DNA of 64,000 nucleotides, from the NCBI GenBank assembly GCA_020723065.1, contig DYJP01000004.1, positions 1,041 to 65,040 on the forward strand, in the 5' to 3' direction. This DNA is from Candidatus Micrarchaeum sp. (GTDB lineage: Archaea > Micrarchaeota > Micrarchaeia > CABMEP01). The position numbers were made by a program, and so were the translations under genes. A model generated the notes under the pieces. It was given only the letters and a program-made list of their open reading frames with translations, had not been told where the DNA came from and ran no database searches. Positions 19,818 through 29,379 of the stretch are shown in pieces. Within the stretch, counting starts at the first letter, position 1; every line of letters begins with the position of its first letter.

Positions 19818-21047
19818 ATGGGTGGTCTTTTCAAAATTCAAATCAATCTTGCAATCGGTATTTTTCTAATATTCATTTTTGCCATGTCTTTTTTTAGTGC
19901 GTATTGGTCAGAATCGATATCCGTCCATGTGCTTTCAAAAGACGGGCTTCCTATAAGCGGTGCAAAAGTAAGCGTTGTTTACCAGTCTAAGGATTGTTAT
20001 ACGCACAGTGAAATAAGTAAGTATACGGACTATTCAGGTACTGCGAATTTCAGTTTTCTGAATCTTGTGGAAGAAGGGTCAGATCCAGCATGCCTGGAAA
20101 AGTCATATAATATTCTTGCGGAATTTGGGGGATACCATAATAGCACGATCGGGTTTTTGAGTAATTCAGACAAGAACTATTCTCTATGGCTTCCCTATAT
20201 AATGCACATCTTGAAGGTTGTTGACGCAGTTAACAAGCCGGTGAGCGGTGCGGAAGTGGTTTCCGGAAATTTAACATTTTCATCGGATTCCGCTGGAAAC
20301 GCATATATTCTGCTTCCAGTTGGAATCTCTTCTGCCGTAACTGTAATCTATGGGGAAGTGTCGAAGACAGTTTCAATCAATCCATCTCTTTCATCAGTAT
20401 CAAACGTTTCTCTTCCAATATATGACCTTATTGTAAGTCTTTTTGATGAGAACGGCAACACCCTTCAGGGAAATATCACATACGGAACAAAAATTAAGGA
20501 GATAACCAAGGATTACGTTGTTTTTGAAAAGTTTTCGGATCTCAATCCGACTTTCCTTGTTACAGTCGATGGCACGACCAAGTCGATTTCATCCAAGGTC
20601 ACGTCAAATACGCTTAGCATCTATTACGATACTGTAGCGCCAGTAATAAGCAGTGTACAGTCTGGAATTTCGAACGGAAAGCTTGTCGTTTCAGCATTAT
20701 TTACGGATCCTGGAAGGTATCCGTCCGGTATTGACGGCTATCCTTCGATTTCTTATCGCACAAACATGTCTGAATCCGCAGAGGTAAAGATGTATCCTTC
20801 CGGTTCTGGAAAATACGAGGGTTCCATTCCGCTTGAGTCGCAGAACGACATAAACTATACCATAATCGTGAGGGATGTTCAGGGCAACGTTAATACGTAT
20901 TCAGACGTGCAAACATTCTCTTTCAAGCCAGAAGTAGAGATAGAGAAAGCGACAAGAGGATTTTCCTGGATAACTGCGATTGGAATCTTCGTTTTTGCAA
21001 TAGTTATTTATGTCATCTACCAGAAAATAAGAGAGCAGGCGAACTGA
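19818..21047 (+). CDS. Surface-exposed protein with an N-terminal TM/signal and a C-terminal TM anchor. Many N-glycosylation sequons.
   Basis: N-terminal hydrophobic segment. Beta-rich S/T/N-rich body. C-terminal WITAIGIFVFAIVIYVIY followed by a basic tail. Confidence 0.5.
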   Translation: MGGLFKIQINLAIGIFLIFIFAMSFFSAYWSESISVHVLSKDGLPISGAKVSVVYQSKDCYTHSEISKYTDYSGTANFSFLNLVEEGSDPACLEKSYNILAEFGGYHNSTIGFLSNSDKNYSLWLPYIMHILKVVDAVNKPVSGAEVVSGNLTFSSDSAGNAYILLPVGISSAVTVIYGEVSKTVSINPSLSSVSNVSLPIYDLIVSLFDENGNTLQGNITYGTKIKEITKDYVVFEKFSDLNPTFLVTVDGTTKSISSKVTSNTLSIYYDTVAPVISSVQSGISNGKLVVSALFTDPGRYPSGIDGYPSISYRTNMSESAEVKMYPSGSGKYEGSIPLESQNDINYTIIVRDVQGNVNTYSDVQTFSFKPEVEIEKATRGFSWITAIGIFVFAIVIYVIYQKIREQAN

Positions 21048-21085
21048 TTTTTTTTATGAAAACTAGTGCAAGCCAGAATATTTTT

Positions 21086-21184
21086 AGAAAAAAAGTGCAG
21101 GGGGTGAGATTCGAACTCACGTAAGGCCTAAGCCAGCAGCTTTCTTACTTTTTGGTCTTGAGGCTGTCCCGTTTGACCGCTCCG
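21086..21184 (-). tRNA. tRNA-Leu(CAA) with an intron of about 15 nt 3' of the anticodon.
   Basis: Reverse complement is GCAGGGG-UG-...ACAGC-CUCAAGA-[CCAAAAAGUAAGAAA]-GCUGC-UGGCUUAGGCC(variable arm)-GUGAG-UUCGAAU-CUCAC-CCCCUGC-A. Confidence 0.8.
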
Positions 21185-21192
21185 GCACCCCT

Positions 21193-21306
21193 GCGCAAAG
21201 AGTGCTCCGATCGGGATTTGAACCCGAGTTTTAGCCTAACTCTAATCTTTTTGGTTAAACTTTTTCAAAAAGTTTATGAGAGGGCTACGTCCTTGACCGG
21301 GCTAGA
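21193..21306 (-). tRNA. tRNA-Glu(CUC) with a 39-nt intron in the canonical 37/38 position.
   Basis: Reverse complement is GCUCCGA...UAGCCCGGUCAAGGAC-G-UAGCC-CUCUCA[UAAACUUUUUGAAAAAGUUUAACCAAAAAGAUUAGAGUU]A-GGCUA-AAAAC-UCGGG-UUCAAAU-CCCGA-UCGGAGC-A. The D-loop resembles archaeal tRNA-Glu. Confidence 0.8.
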
Positions 21307-21385
21307 CGATCGGAGCCCGCTTTTTTCAGATTCCGAAGATGTAGATTATATACATATTGAATATTTTTATTCCTATCTATGCCTT

Positions 21386-21742
21386 TCATCCGTATATTTG
21401 TACGGGAGGTTGAGGCGGTGTTTTAGGTGGAGTAGTCTCGAAATTTTTCTTTTTGTTGTGCCTGTCCTTGTATTTTGCCCAGGTCTTTTTTCCGAGCTCT
21501 CCCCTTATTATCTTAATGATGAGATGCTTTGGTATTGGTATCTTGGATGAAACCGGGTTATAGTCAATCATGACGATATCATTCTCCTTTAGCTTGGGCG
21601 CTATTGTCTTGTCAACTGCACACGTGAAGAGATTTTCGTCCCACATTTCCACTAAGGCCTGGACTTCCTTGTCTCCGCTGATTACGTTCTTTGATTTAGG
21701 CGAATAGATTGCTACTACTTTGCCCGGGTGATATACTGTCAT
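21386..21742 (-). CDS. Hypothetical protein with a K/P-rich C-terminal tail (118 aa). Possible small beta-barrel nucleic-acid-binding fold.
   Basis: ORF lying between the tRNA genes. No motif recognised. Confidence 0.4.
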   Translation of the reverse strand: MTVYHPGKVVAIYSPKSKNVISGDKEVQALVEMWDENLFTCAVDKTIAPKLKENDIVMIDYNPVSSKIPIPKHLIIKIIRGELGKKTWAKYKDRHNKKKNFETTPPKTPPQPPVQIYG

Positions 21743-21757
21743 AAAAAATCATCTTGA

Positions 21758-21830
21758 TGGCCCCAGGGAGGATCGAACTCCCAATCTCCACTGTGTGAGA
21801 GTGGCGTCTTAACCATTCGACTATAGGGCC
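21758..21830 (-). tRNA. tRNA-Val(CAC), intronless.
   Basis: Reverse complement is GGCCCUA-UA-GUCG-AAUGGUUA-AGAC-G-CCACU-CUCACAC-AGUGG-AGAUU-GGGAG-UUCGAUC-CUCCC-UGGGGCC-A. Confidence 0.9.
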
Positions 21831-21905
21831 GAAATAATAAGATTCACTAATCAAATATGTTATATGTAGAAATATATTTTAAACCTTTAACTCCTTATTT
21901 ATATT

Positions 21906-23717
21906 ATGAAATTTCTTACTGCGAAGCAGCTAAAAGAGCTTTATTTACAGTTTTTCAAGGAAAAAGATCACGCAATACTGCCTTCAGCTTCGCTCATACC
22001 AGAAAATGACCCCACTGTGCTTTTCACTACAGCAGGAATGCATCCGCTTGTTCCATTCCTTATGGGACAGCCGCATCCGCTTGGAAAGAGGCTGGCTAAT
22101 GCACAGAAATGCATAAGGACGCAGGATATTGATGAAGTAGGTGATGAAACACATACTACTTGCTTTGAAATGATGGGCAATTGGAGCCTTGGAGACTATT
22201 TCAAGGAAGAAGCGATAAAGATGAGCTATGAATTCCTTACATCCTCGAAATGGCTGAACCTTGATTCGAAACGACTTGCTGTAACCTGCTTTGCAGGAGA
22301 TTCCGACGCTCCGAAAGATGAGGAAGCCGCCAGAATATGGCTTAGTTTGGGGGTTCCAAATGAAAGAATTGCATTTTTGCCTAAAAAAAACAACTGGTGG
22401 GGTCCGGCAGGAAACACAGGACCATGCGGACCAGATACAGAAATGTTTTATTGGACGCCAAATGATATCCCAGCTCCGAGTGTTTTCAATCCAGCAGATA
22501 AGAGATGGGTGGAGATTTGGAACAACGTTTTTATGCAGTACAATAAGAATAAGGAAGGGAAGTACGAACCTCTTGCACAGAAGAACGTGGACACTGGATT
22601 AGGCTTGGAACGAGTTACCATGATTATGCAGGGCAAAACAAATATTTTCGACACTGAAGTGTTCAAACCTCTCATTGAAAAAGTAAAAGAGCTATCCGGA
22701 ACGGAAATAAACAGTGAGAATCAAAAGTCATTCAGGATAATTGCGGATCACATGCGTGCTGCAACGTTTATTCTTGGAGACGAGAAGGGGATAGTGCCTT
22801 CCAATGTAGATCAAGGCTACATTCTTAGAAGATATATCCGGCGTGCTGTTAGGCACGGTAGGCTTCTCGGGATAGAGAAGAATTTCTGCAAGGACGTAGC
22901 AGAGATTGTAATTAATAATCATAAGATGGATTATCCGGAATTGGAGAAGAATAAGCAGTTCGTATTTAAGGAGCTTGACAAGGAAGAAACGAGATTTAAG
23001 GAAACATTGGATTCCGGAATCAGATTATTCAGTAAAATGGCTGAAAAGAAGGAATCAATATCTGGAAAGGAAGCCTTCCTTCTTTTCCAATCTCATGGAT
23101 TTCCATTAGAAATGACAAAGGAGCTTATGTTGGAAAAAGGGATGCGTCTTAGTGCTAATTTTGATAAGGAATTCAATGAAGATTTCCAGAGGCATCAGGA
23201 ATTATCCAGGCTTGCGACAGAGAAGAAATTCAGCAGTGGTCTTGCAGATACGCAGTTCGAGACAATCAAGCTTCATACTGCAACCCATCTTCTTCATGCA
23301 GCGCTTAAGAAGGTGCTTGGCCCTAATGTAAATCAAAAGGGAAGTAATATTACTGCAGAAAGATTAAGATTCGATTTTTCTTATGATCAGAAGATGACTC
23401 AAGAGCAATTAAAACAAGTCGAATCTCTTGTGAATGACGCAATCAAGCGAAAATTGCCAGTTACAAGAGAAGAGATGTCTATTGAAGATGCAAAGGCGCA
23501 AGGCGCAACTGCTTTGTTCACTAGCAAATATGGAGAAAAAGTATCTGTTTATACTATCGGTGAATTCTCAAAGGAAGTATGCACTGGTCCGCATGTAAAT
23601 AACCTTTCAGAGCTGGGCCACTTTAGAATTATTAAAGAGGAATCCGTCGCTGCGGGCGTAAGGAGAATAAAAGCCATTTTAGCTCCTGAGCCTCAAGAGA
23701 AATACATGAGCCATTAG
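21906..23717 (+). CDS. alaS: Alanyl-tRNA synthetase, short form (603 aa). It has the catalytic and editing domains but no C-Ala domain. It is bacterial/eukaryotic-type.
   Basis: Motifs DPTVLFTTAGMHPLVPF, QKCIRTQDIDEVGDETHTTCFEMMGNWSLGDYFK and editing-domain HTATHLLHAAL...CTGPHV. Confidence 0.85.
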   Translation: MKFLTAKQLKELYLQFFKEKDHAILPSASLIPENDPTVLFTTAGMHPLVPFLMGQPHPLGKRLANAQKCIRTQDIDEVGDETHTTCFEMMGNWSLGDYFKEEAIKMSYEFLTSSKWLNLDSKRLAVTCFAGDSDAPKDEEAARIWLSLGVPNERIAFLPKKNNWWGPAGNTGPCGPDTEMFYWTPNDIPAPSVFNPADKRWVEIWNNVFMQYNKNKEGKYEPLAQKNVDTGLGLERVTMIMQGKTNIFDTEVFKPLIEKVKELSGTEINSENQKSFRIIADHMRAATFILGDEKGIVPSNVDQGYILRRYIRRAVRHGRLLGIEKNFCKDVAEIVINNHKMDYPELEKNKQFVFKELDKEETRFKETLDSGIRLFSKMAEKKESISGKEAFLLFQSHGFPLEMTKELMLEKGMRLSANFDKEFNEDFQRHQELSRLATEKKFSSGLADTQFETIKLHTATHLLHAALKKVLGPNVNQKGSNITAERLRFDFSYDQKMTQEQLKQVESLVNDAIKRKLPVTREEMSIEDAKAQGATALFTSKYGEKVSVYTIGEFSKEVCTGPHVNNLSELGHFRIIKEESVAAGVRRIKAILAPEPQEKYMSH

Positions 23718-23740
23718 TTTAATCGCATGCGTCAAATCTC

Positions 23741-23768
23741 TTTTTGTTTTTTTTTTCCAAAAAAAAAA
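23741..23768. terminator. T16(one G)-CC-A10 palindromic tract. Probable bidirectional transcription terminator.
   Basis: tttttgttttttttttccaaaaaaaaaa sits immediately after alaS. Archaeal termination at oligo-T tracts. Confidence 0.5.
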
Positions 23769-24017
23769 TTAAAATACATAATTATAAATTGGCATTAGTC
23801 AATTACTTCATGACAGTTTATAATAAAGCGACTGATCCTAATGTCTATAATACGATGTTGTTCCTTTCAAAAGAAGCAATAAAGATCATTGGTCAATCCA
23901 TAGGCGTTTAAACGGATTGTGCGAATGGCAACAAGATCTATCTTTGGTGCATATCAGTTTAAAATATTTAGGCTAGCATTATATCTTAAAAATGATAAGA
24001 TTAAGTTCATTTAGCCC

Positions 24018-24719
24018 TTATAAATTTCCAAAAAGAGCCGAGAATGTCTCTTCGTCATTCTCTTCTTCGTCTATCTTTACTGCGAGCTGAACTGAAGCAG
24101 GGTTTAGGGCGTTCGTCTGGGTTTGTGTCGGTTCAGTTTCCTGTTTGAAAATAGCATTCTCACTTTCCTTTCCAAAAGGCTCGTATATTCCGTCTTCTTC
24201 TAGAGTTTTGACATTATCCAGGTGTTCTTGTTCAAGATCAAGCAATCCAGCATATTGGTTCTGAGGTTGTACTGCTTGCGGTGAAGGCTGAGATTGTGAA
24301 ATATTCTGTTCTTCGAACATACTCATCGCGTTTACTTGTGCTGGGACCAGTATATTAGTAAAATCAGTCGGATTCGTTCGCTGTAAATCGTTGTTTGTGT
24401 TTGTAGCTAGGTTAGAATTGTTGTCTTGAGTTGGCAGCCAATTGTAATCTGAAACCATGTTGTTAAATGAAAGTTCTGGAGAGGCAATCTGGTTCATTCT
24501 CTGGTCGTATTCGCTTACTTGGGTTGGTTGCCCAGGCTGTATTATGCTCGAGTGCTTTCTGAAAAAGTTCATAAGTTCTATTGTCCGTTCCCTTCCGCAG
24601 ACCTGGCATCTGACTGTCATTCTTATGTCGTGCACGTCAAAATCGGTCTCGAATTCGAATTTATTGGTAGTGCCGCATTCGCATATGAACGATTTTGAAA
24701 TATTAGATATCTCTTTCAT
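24018..24719 (-). CDS. Zinc-ribbon protein with a long Q/N/E-rich low-complexity C-terminal region.
   Basis: N-terminal CEC...C and CQVC motifs. About 170 aa enriched in Q, N, T, P and E. Confidence 0.5.
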   Translation of the reverse strand: MKEISNISKSFICECGTTNKFEFETDFDVHDIRMTVRCQVCGRERTIELMNFFRKHSSIIQPGQPTQVSEYDQRMNQIASPELSFNNMVSDYNWLPTQDNNSNLATNTNNDLQRTNPTDFTNILVPAQVNAMSMFEEQNISQSQPSPQAVQPQNQYAGLLDLEQEHLDNVKTLEEDGIYEPFGKESENAIFKQETEPTQTQTNALNPASVQLAVKIDEEENDEETFSALFGNL

Positions 24720-25259
24720 TTTTGTCGCCTTGGTCGTTTCTGTTTTTAGAATAAAAATATAGTGGGATTAGATATATCTTGGAGCATAAACTATAAAAAC
24801 ACTGGGTAATGCAGATTATATCCCATAATTCAATTGCTTCATTTGTTCTGAGCTTTTTATTTTGGCGTGTCTTAGTGATTTAACTCTATAATTTATAGTC
24901 ATGAGCAAAGAGAAAGGGTTTTCATATTGGATAAATTCAGTTAATGAATGAGATTAGCGCAATGAATGCTAATGCATTTTTTTTATCGGAACATTGTTTA
25001 GATTTTTTTTGGAAATAGTTAATTTGACAATTTCTTACTCTCTACTTTATATTTACTCTCTAAGCTAATCATTATTTTTATACAAATGTTTATTCAGAAA
25101 AATAATTGATAAGATGTAACTGTAATACAGATGCGAAGAGGGCATAAAGAAAATTAAAACAAAGTTTTATAATATTCATCATACTATATAATATTACTAT
25201 GTTTTAGCTATACGAAGTGTAGCTATTATGTGTATTTGTAATTTTCATCGGTGATTGTA

Positions 25260-25439
25260 TGCTTTGTGAGAGATGTAAGAAAGAAGCTCATTATCTTGAA
25301 TTAGACCCATTCTGTGGAAGGAAGATATGCCAGAATTGTATTAAAGCTTCCAAGAGGCCGCAGAAGAACAAGCACATTGTGATATGCAAGGATTGTTGGA
25401 ACGATATAGAAAAGAGAAAGAAGTTTAAGTCAATGTAAT
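25260..25439 (+). CDS. Small (59 aa) Cys-rich zinc-finger protein. It falls below the ORF-track cutoff.
   Basis: MLCERCKKEAHYLELDPFCGRKICQNCIKASKRPQKNKHIVICKDCWNDIEKRKKFKSM has three CxxC pairs. Located in an AT-rich gap. Confidence 0.35.
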
Positions 25440-25472
25440 TGAATTTGCTGTGTAAATTAAATACTGACTAAA

Positions 25473-26366
25473 CTAAATTTTCCTTTTTTGTTTAATTATT
25501 TTAATAGCTTCTATGGCACTTTTTTCCTTATCCTTTATTTCCAACATAATATCAAAGTCTGTCCTTTTTGTTTCTTCTATGTATTGTAAAAATAATTTTG
25601 GATCAATATGTCGGGTATGAGTCCCTTTTCTTGCCCCCTTTTCCTGTATACTGTAATCAGTCATAAGAATCCCATCTTTCTCTTTCCAGGTTTTTGTGCC
25701 CGTATAATACAGTCAAGTATGTTTTCTCCGTTATTTAGGCATTCGTGGTGGAAAGAATCGATAAAATTGGGATTCCAGTCTGTTTTGAAATTGAAATACA
25801 GTCTTTAAACGAATAACTTCTATCGTCATTTTCTATTACGAGCCTTTCTTTAATTCTACTTGGAAGTTTTTTTGTAATTGGCAATGAATCGTTCAATTGC
25901 TCCTTGTTTGTTTTCATAAACGCCACCTACATGTATCTGTACCTTTGCGGTTTTGTCAAGTTACATTAGGTCCAAAATCTCGCAGTGGTATTCGAGTTCC
26001 TTTATGCTATTTGTGACTATCTTTTCGTTTGGAGAATTAATCAGAACAAACTGATCTGGATGCATTGAGATTCTTATTCCTTTTTTTTCATGTATTCTCC
26101 GATTTCCTTGAATTTTTTTTTGAAATGATTCTGCCAATCAAATGTGCACACAGGATGACTTGCGAATGGTATTATGTCAGAGCTTATTCTAAAAAATAAT
26201 AATTCATGTTTTACATTGTATTCGAGTATCTTCTGGAGGCAGTTCAGGTTATTCGTCACTTTCAATAAGATTTTTTTCTGAATAGTTGATTAGTCTAAAT
26301 GTAGAATTAGCAGTACAGCCTATGCTTGTGTTTATACATGGATAGCCTATTTTTATAATCTCGCTC
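25473..26366 (-). pseudogene. uvdE: UV damage endonuclease (UvdE/UVDE family) pseudogene with at least four frameshifts.
   Basis: Fragments lie in different frames. These are IGYPCINTSIGCTANSTFRL, NLNCLQKILEYNVKHELLFFRISSDIIPFASHPVCTFDWQNHFKKKFKEIGEY, MHPDQFVLINSPNEKIV, RLVIENDDRSYSFKDCISISKQTGIPI and DIMLEIKDKEKS. Together they are collinear with B. subtilis UvdE. One frameshift is at an A7 run near 26275. Confidence 0.75.
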
Positions 26367-26382
26367 TTTCGAACCGGCAGTA

Positions 26383-29358
26383 TTAATCGAGCTGAGATAC
26401 CCCAATCGACACTTTCTCGTCGCCAATGTCCCAGGTCTTCTTTACCTTTCCACCGATTCCGATAGTTATCTCCTTGGCATTGATTTCTCCAAGTATGAGC
26501 TTGCCATTGTTTTTTATTATCTCGTTTATCTCGTCTGGACCTTTCACAAAGACCTCAATCTTGTCTTTTTCCACGAGCTTCATTTCCTTCCTCATGGACT
26601 GAATTCTTCTCCTGACTTCACTCATTATTCCTTCCGCCTTGAGCGTAGGATCCATTTCTATTTTAAGAAGTACGACACCATAAGGAGTTGCCTTTGAGAC
26701 GTACCCTTTCTTTTCGACGATTATGAACTTAGTGTAATCGATTCTCTTTCCGTTTATTTCTATTGTTCCCTTGAGAAACTTGTCTTCGTCCTTTATTTTG
26801 AGCTCCTCTATCTTCTTGATCGTCTCTTTGTCCATTTCGTCATTTATCTCCTTTGAGAGTACTATGATCTCTTTGTCATCTGTTTTTACGTTTTTTACGT
26901 TCGCGAGCATTCTTATAATCTTGTCTGTATGCTTAACTGCATTTGTAGCTTCTATAGATTTTGTGACTAGGACGACTTCTTCAAGCGGCCACCTTAGCTT
27001 GACATTTGCAGTGACTCTCAATGAATTGCATACTTCAGTCAGTTCTTTAGCGATCTCAACTTCGCTTTCTAGAACCTTGTCTATCCCGTTCTCGTCAGCC
27101 TTCGGCCATTCATGGAAGAATATACTCTTCTCTTTCTTTGACTTCAGATAGCTTTTCTGATAGATTCCTTCAGCTGTGAACGGTATGAAAGGCGCCGCAA
27201 GGAGCATTGTGGTGAAGAATCCCTCGTAAAGGATGTCTATATCATCTCTCTTCTTTACGAGCTTCATATAGAACCTGCTCATGTCTTGTATGAGGAAGGT
27301 TCGTATCTTTCTTAGTGCGAGGAAACTTTCCCCTTTCTCCATATGTTCCGTTGTCTCTTTTATCAGTGAATTGAGTTTGGATTTGAACCAGAGATCTTCG
27401 ACGCTTTCAATCTCTGCCTTTTTGCTTGAAGCTTTGTAGAATCGCTCTAAATAGGTGCTTATATTTCTTATGATCATCAGTTCATTCTTCGCTTCTCCCA
27501 TCTCGTTCCAATTGAATTTGAGATCATCCCAGGTGGTGTTACTGAGCGCCATTAGTCTAACTGCGTCAGCAGGATATTTTGATATCACATCTTCCCATGG
27601 TACATAGTTTCCTAGCGACTTGTGCATTGCGTTGCCCTTGTCGTCCACAACGTAGCCGTGCATGAGCAATGAATTGTAGGGTATCTCATTGTTCAGGACA
27701 ACTCCTGAACCGAGCAATGAATAGAACCAGCCTCTTATCTGGTCCTTCCCCTCTATTATCATGTCTGACGGATAGTATCTTTCATCTCCGTCCTTGAGTC
27801 CTGCCCAGACTGCATTTCCGGAATCGAACCATACGTCAAGAACATCCGGCACCCTTCTCATCTTGGATTTGCATTTCGGGCATTCGAAAGTTATTTCGTC
27901 TATTTCTGGTCTGTGGAAGTCCTTGAGCTTCACACCGAGTTCTTCCGAAGATCCTATAACTTTCAGCTCGTTACACTGTTCATTCTCGCATTTCCAGATC
28001 GGAAGTGGTATTCCCCAGTATCTTTGTCTAGATATGCACCAATCCTTGGCGTCCTCCACGAAGTTGGACATCCATTTTCCTGCGAAGTCCGGCATCCACA
28101 CTGTCTTCACGAGCTCGGAGCTCATCTTGTCCTTTATGTCTGTAATCTTGATGAACCATTGTTTCGATGAGAGATGAATGAGTTTTGTCTTGCATCTCCA
28201 GCAACACGGATAGCTGTGTTTTATTTTTCCAGCATTGATTAGCAGTCCTTTGTCGTTAAGTCTTTCTATGATCGTATCATTTATTTCAAGGACGCTCTTG
28301 CCCTTGTATTCTCCTGCAAGCTCTGTATACTTGCCGTCAGGACCAACCGGACAGAATATCTCAAGTCCGTATCTCTTTCCGATTATAAAGTCTTCTGGAC
28401 CATGCCCCGGTGCGCAGTGCACGAGGCCGCTTCCATCTTCTGTTGTGACGAATTCGTCGCTCATAACCACTGGTTGTGGCCTAGTTCTTCCTGTTTCTTC
28501 CTTTAATGGGTGGAAGTACTTGTAGTTCACAAGCTCCTTTCCGCTGAATTCCTGGACAATTATGATCGGGTCCTTTGCTACTTCTTCTATCGCCTGGGTT
28601 CTATCTTTTGCGAATATCCATTCCTCTTCTCCAACCTTGGCTTTTACATACTTTATTAACGGATTTGCCATTACTGCCACATTGCTTACAAGGGTCCATG
28701 GAGTAGTAGTCCATATCACCAAATACGAGTTTTCTTTTCCTTCTATCTTGAATTTTACGAATATGGCAGGGTCCACCATGTCGTGGTATTCCAGCTCATA
28801 ATTAGCAGAAGTAGTTTGACATCTCGGGCAATGTGGGTTTACGTGGAGATCGTTGTATAGTAGTCCTTTTTCATATGCTTTTTGGAATGTCTTCCATGTC
28901 TTTTCTATGAAATCGTTCTTGTACGTAATATAAGGATCGTCGAAATCCATCCATACTCCAAGCCTTATGAATTGTTCGTTCATTAAGCCTATGTATTTTT
29001 CGCAGAGCTCCTTGCACCTCTTAACGAAAACATTTATACCGACCTTAGTCTCTATTTCCTTTTTGTCCTTTATTCCTAATTCTCTTTCAACCTGAGTTTC
29101 AATAGGAAGGCCATGGGTGTCGTATCCTGCTCTTATGTAGACATCGTATCCTTGCATCATCTTGTATCTGCATATTGCGTCCTTAAGGGATTTGTTCCAG
29201 GCTGTTCCTATATGGATTCCTCCTGTTGCGAAAGGCGGACCATCGCACATGTAGAATTTCGGGCCGTTTTTCCTTTTTTCTTTCGCCTTTTTGTAAATAT
29301 TGTTCTCTTTCCAGAATTTAAGAATATCGGATTCATTGTCCATTGACATAGTTATCAC
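26383..29358 (-). CDS. ileS: Isoleucyl-tRNA synthetase.
   Basis: HIGTAWN (HIGH). YDTHGLPIE. WCISRQRYWGIPLP. DVLDVWFDSG. KMSKS region reads AMHKSLGN. Confidence 0.9.
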   Translation of the reverse strand: MITMSMDNESDILKFWKENNIYKKAKEKRKNGPKFYMCDGPPFATGGIHIGTAWNKSLKDAICRYKMMQGYDVYIRAGYDTHGLPIETQVERELGIKDKKEIETKVGINVFVKRCKELCEKYIGLMNEQFIRLGVWMDFDDPYITYKNDFIEKTWKTFQKAYEKGLLYNDLHVNPHCPRCQTTSANYELEYHDMVDPAIFVKFKIEGKENSYLVIWTTTPWTLVSNVAVMANPLIKYVKAKVGEEEWIFAKDRTQAIEEVAKDPIIIVQEFSGKELVNYKYFHPLKEETGRTRPQPVVMSDEFVTTEDGSGLVHCAPGHGPEDFIIGKRYGLEIFCPVGPDGKYTELAGEYKGKSVLEINDTIIERLNDKGLLINAGKIKHSYPCCWRCKTKLIHLSSKQWFIKITDIKDKMSSELVKTVWMPDFAGKWMSNFVEDAKDWCISRQRYWGIPLPIWKCENEQCNELKVIGSSEELGVKLKDFHRPEIDEITFECPKCKSKMRRVPDVLDVWFDSGNAVWAGLKDGDERYYPSDMIIEGKDQIRGWFYSLLGSGVVLNNEIPYNSLLMHGYVVDDKGNAMHKSLGNYVPWEDVISKYPADAVRLMALSNTTWDDLKFNWNEMGEAKNELMIIRNISTYLERFYKASSKKAEIESVEDLWFKSKLNSLIKETTEHMEKGESFLALRKIRTFLIQDMSRFYMKLVKKRDDIDILYEGFFTTMLLAAPFIPFTAEGIYQKSYLKSKKEKSIFFHEWPKADENGIDKVLESEVEIAKELTEVCNSLRVTANVKLRWPLEEVVLVTKSIEATNAVKHTDKIIRMLANVKNVKTDDKEIIVLSKEINDEMDKETIKKIEELKIKDEDKFLKGTIEINGKRIDYTKFIIVEKKGYVSKATPYGVVLLKIEMDPTLKAEGIMSEVRRRIQSMRKEMKLVEKDKIEVFVKGPDEINEIIKNNGKLILGEINAKEITIGIGGKVKKTWDIGDEKVSIGVSQLD

Positions 29359-29379
29359 TTGTATGAGAAAGTCAGAAGA

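Noticed and set aside
21152-21550. 132-aa plus-strand ORF.
   Set aside because: It overlaps the tRNA-Leu and tRNA-Glu genes on the opposite strand. The ORF is GC-driven and spurious.
21086-21830. A tRNA cluster as an integration site for a mobile element or provirus.
   Set aside because: No integrase, recombinase, direct repeats of tRNA 3' ends or phage-like genes lie nearby. The flanking genes are housekeeping.
26771-29346. Several 77-127 aa plus-strand ORFs inside ileS.
   Set aside because: They are antisense to the IleRS CDS and have no motifs.
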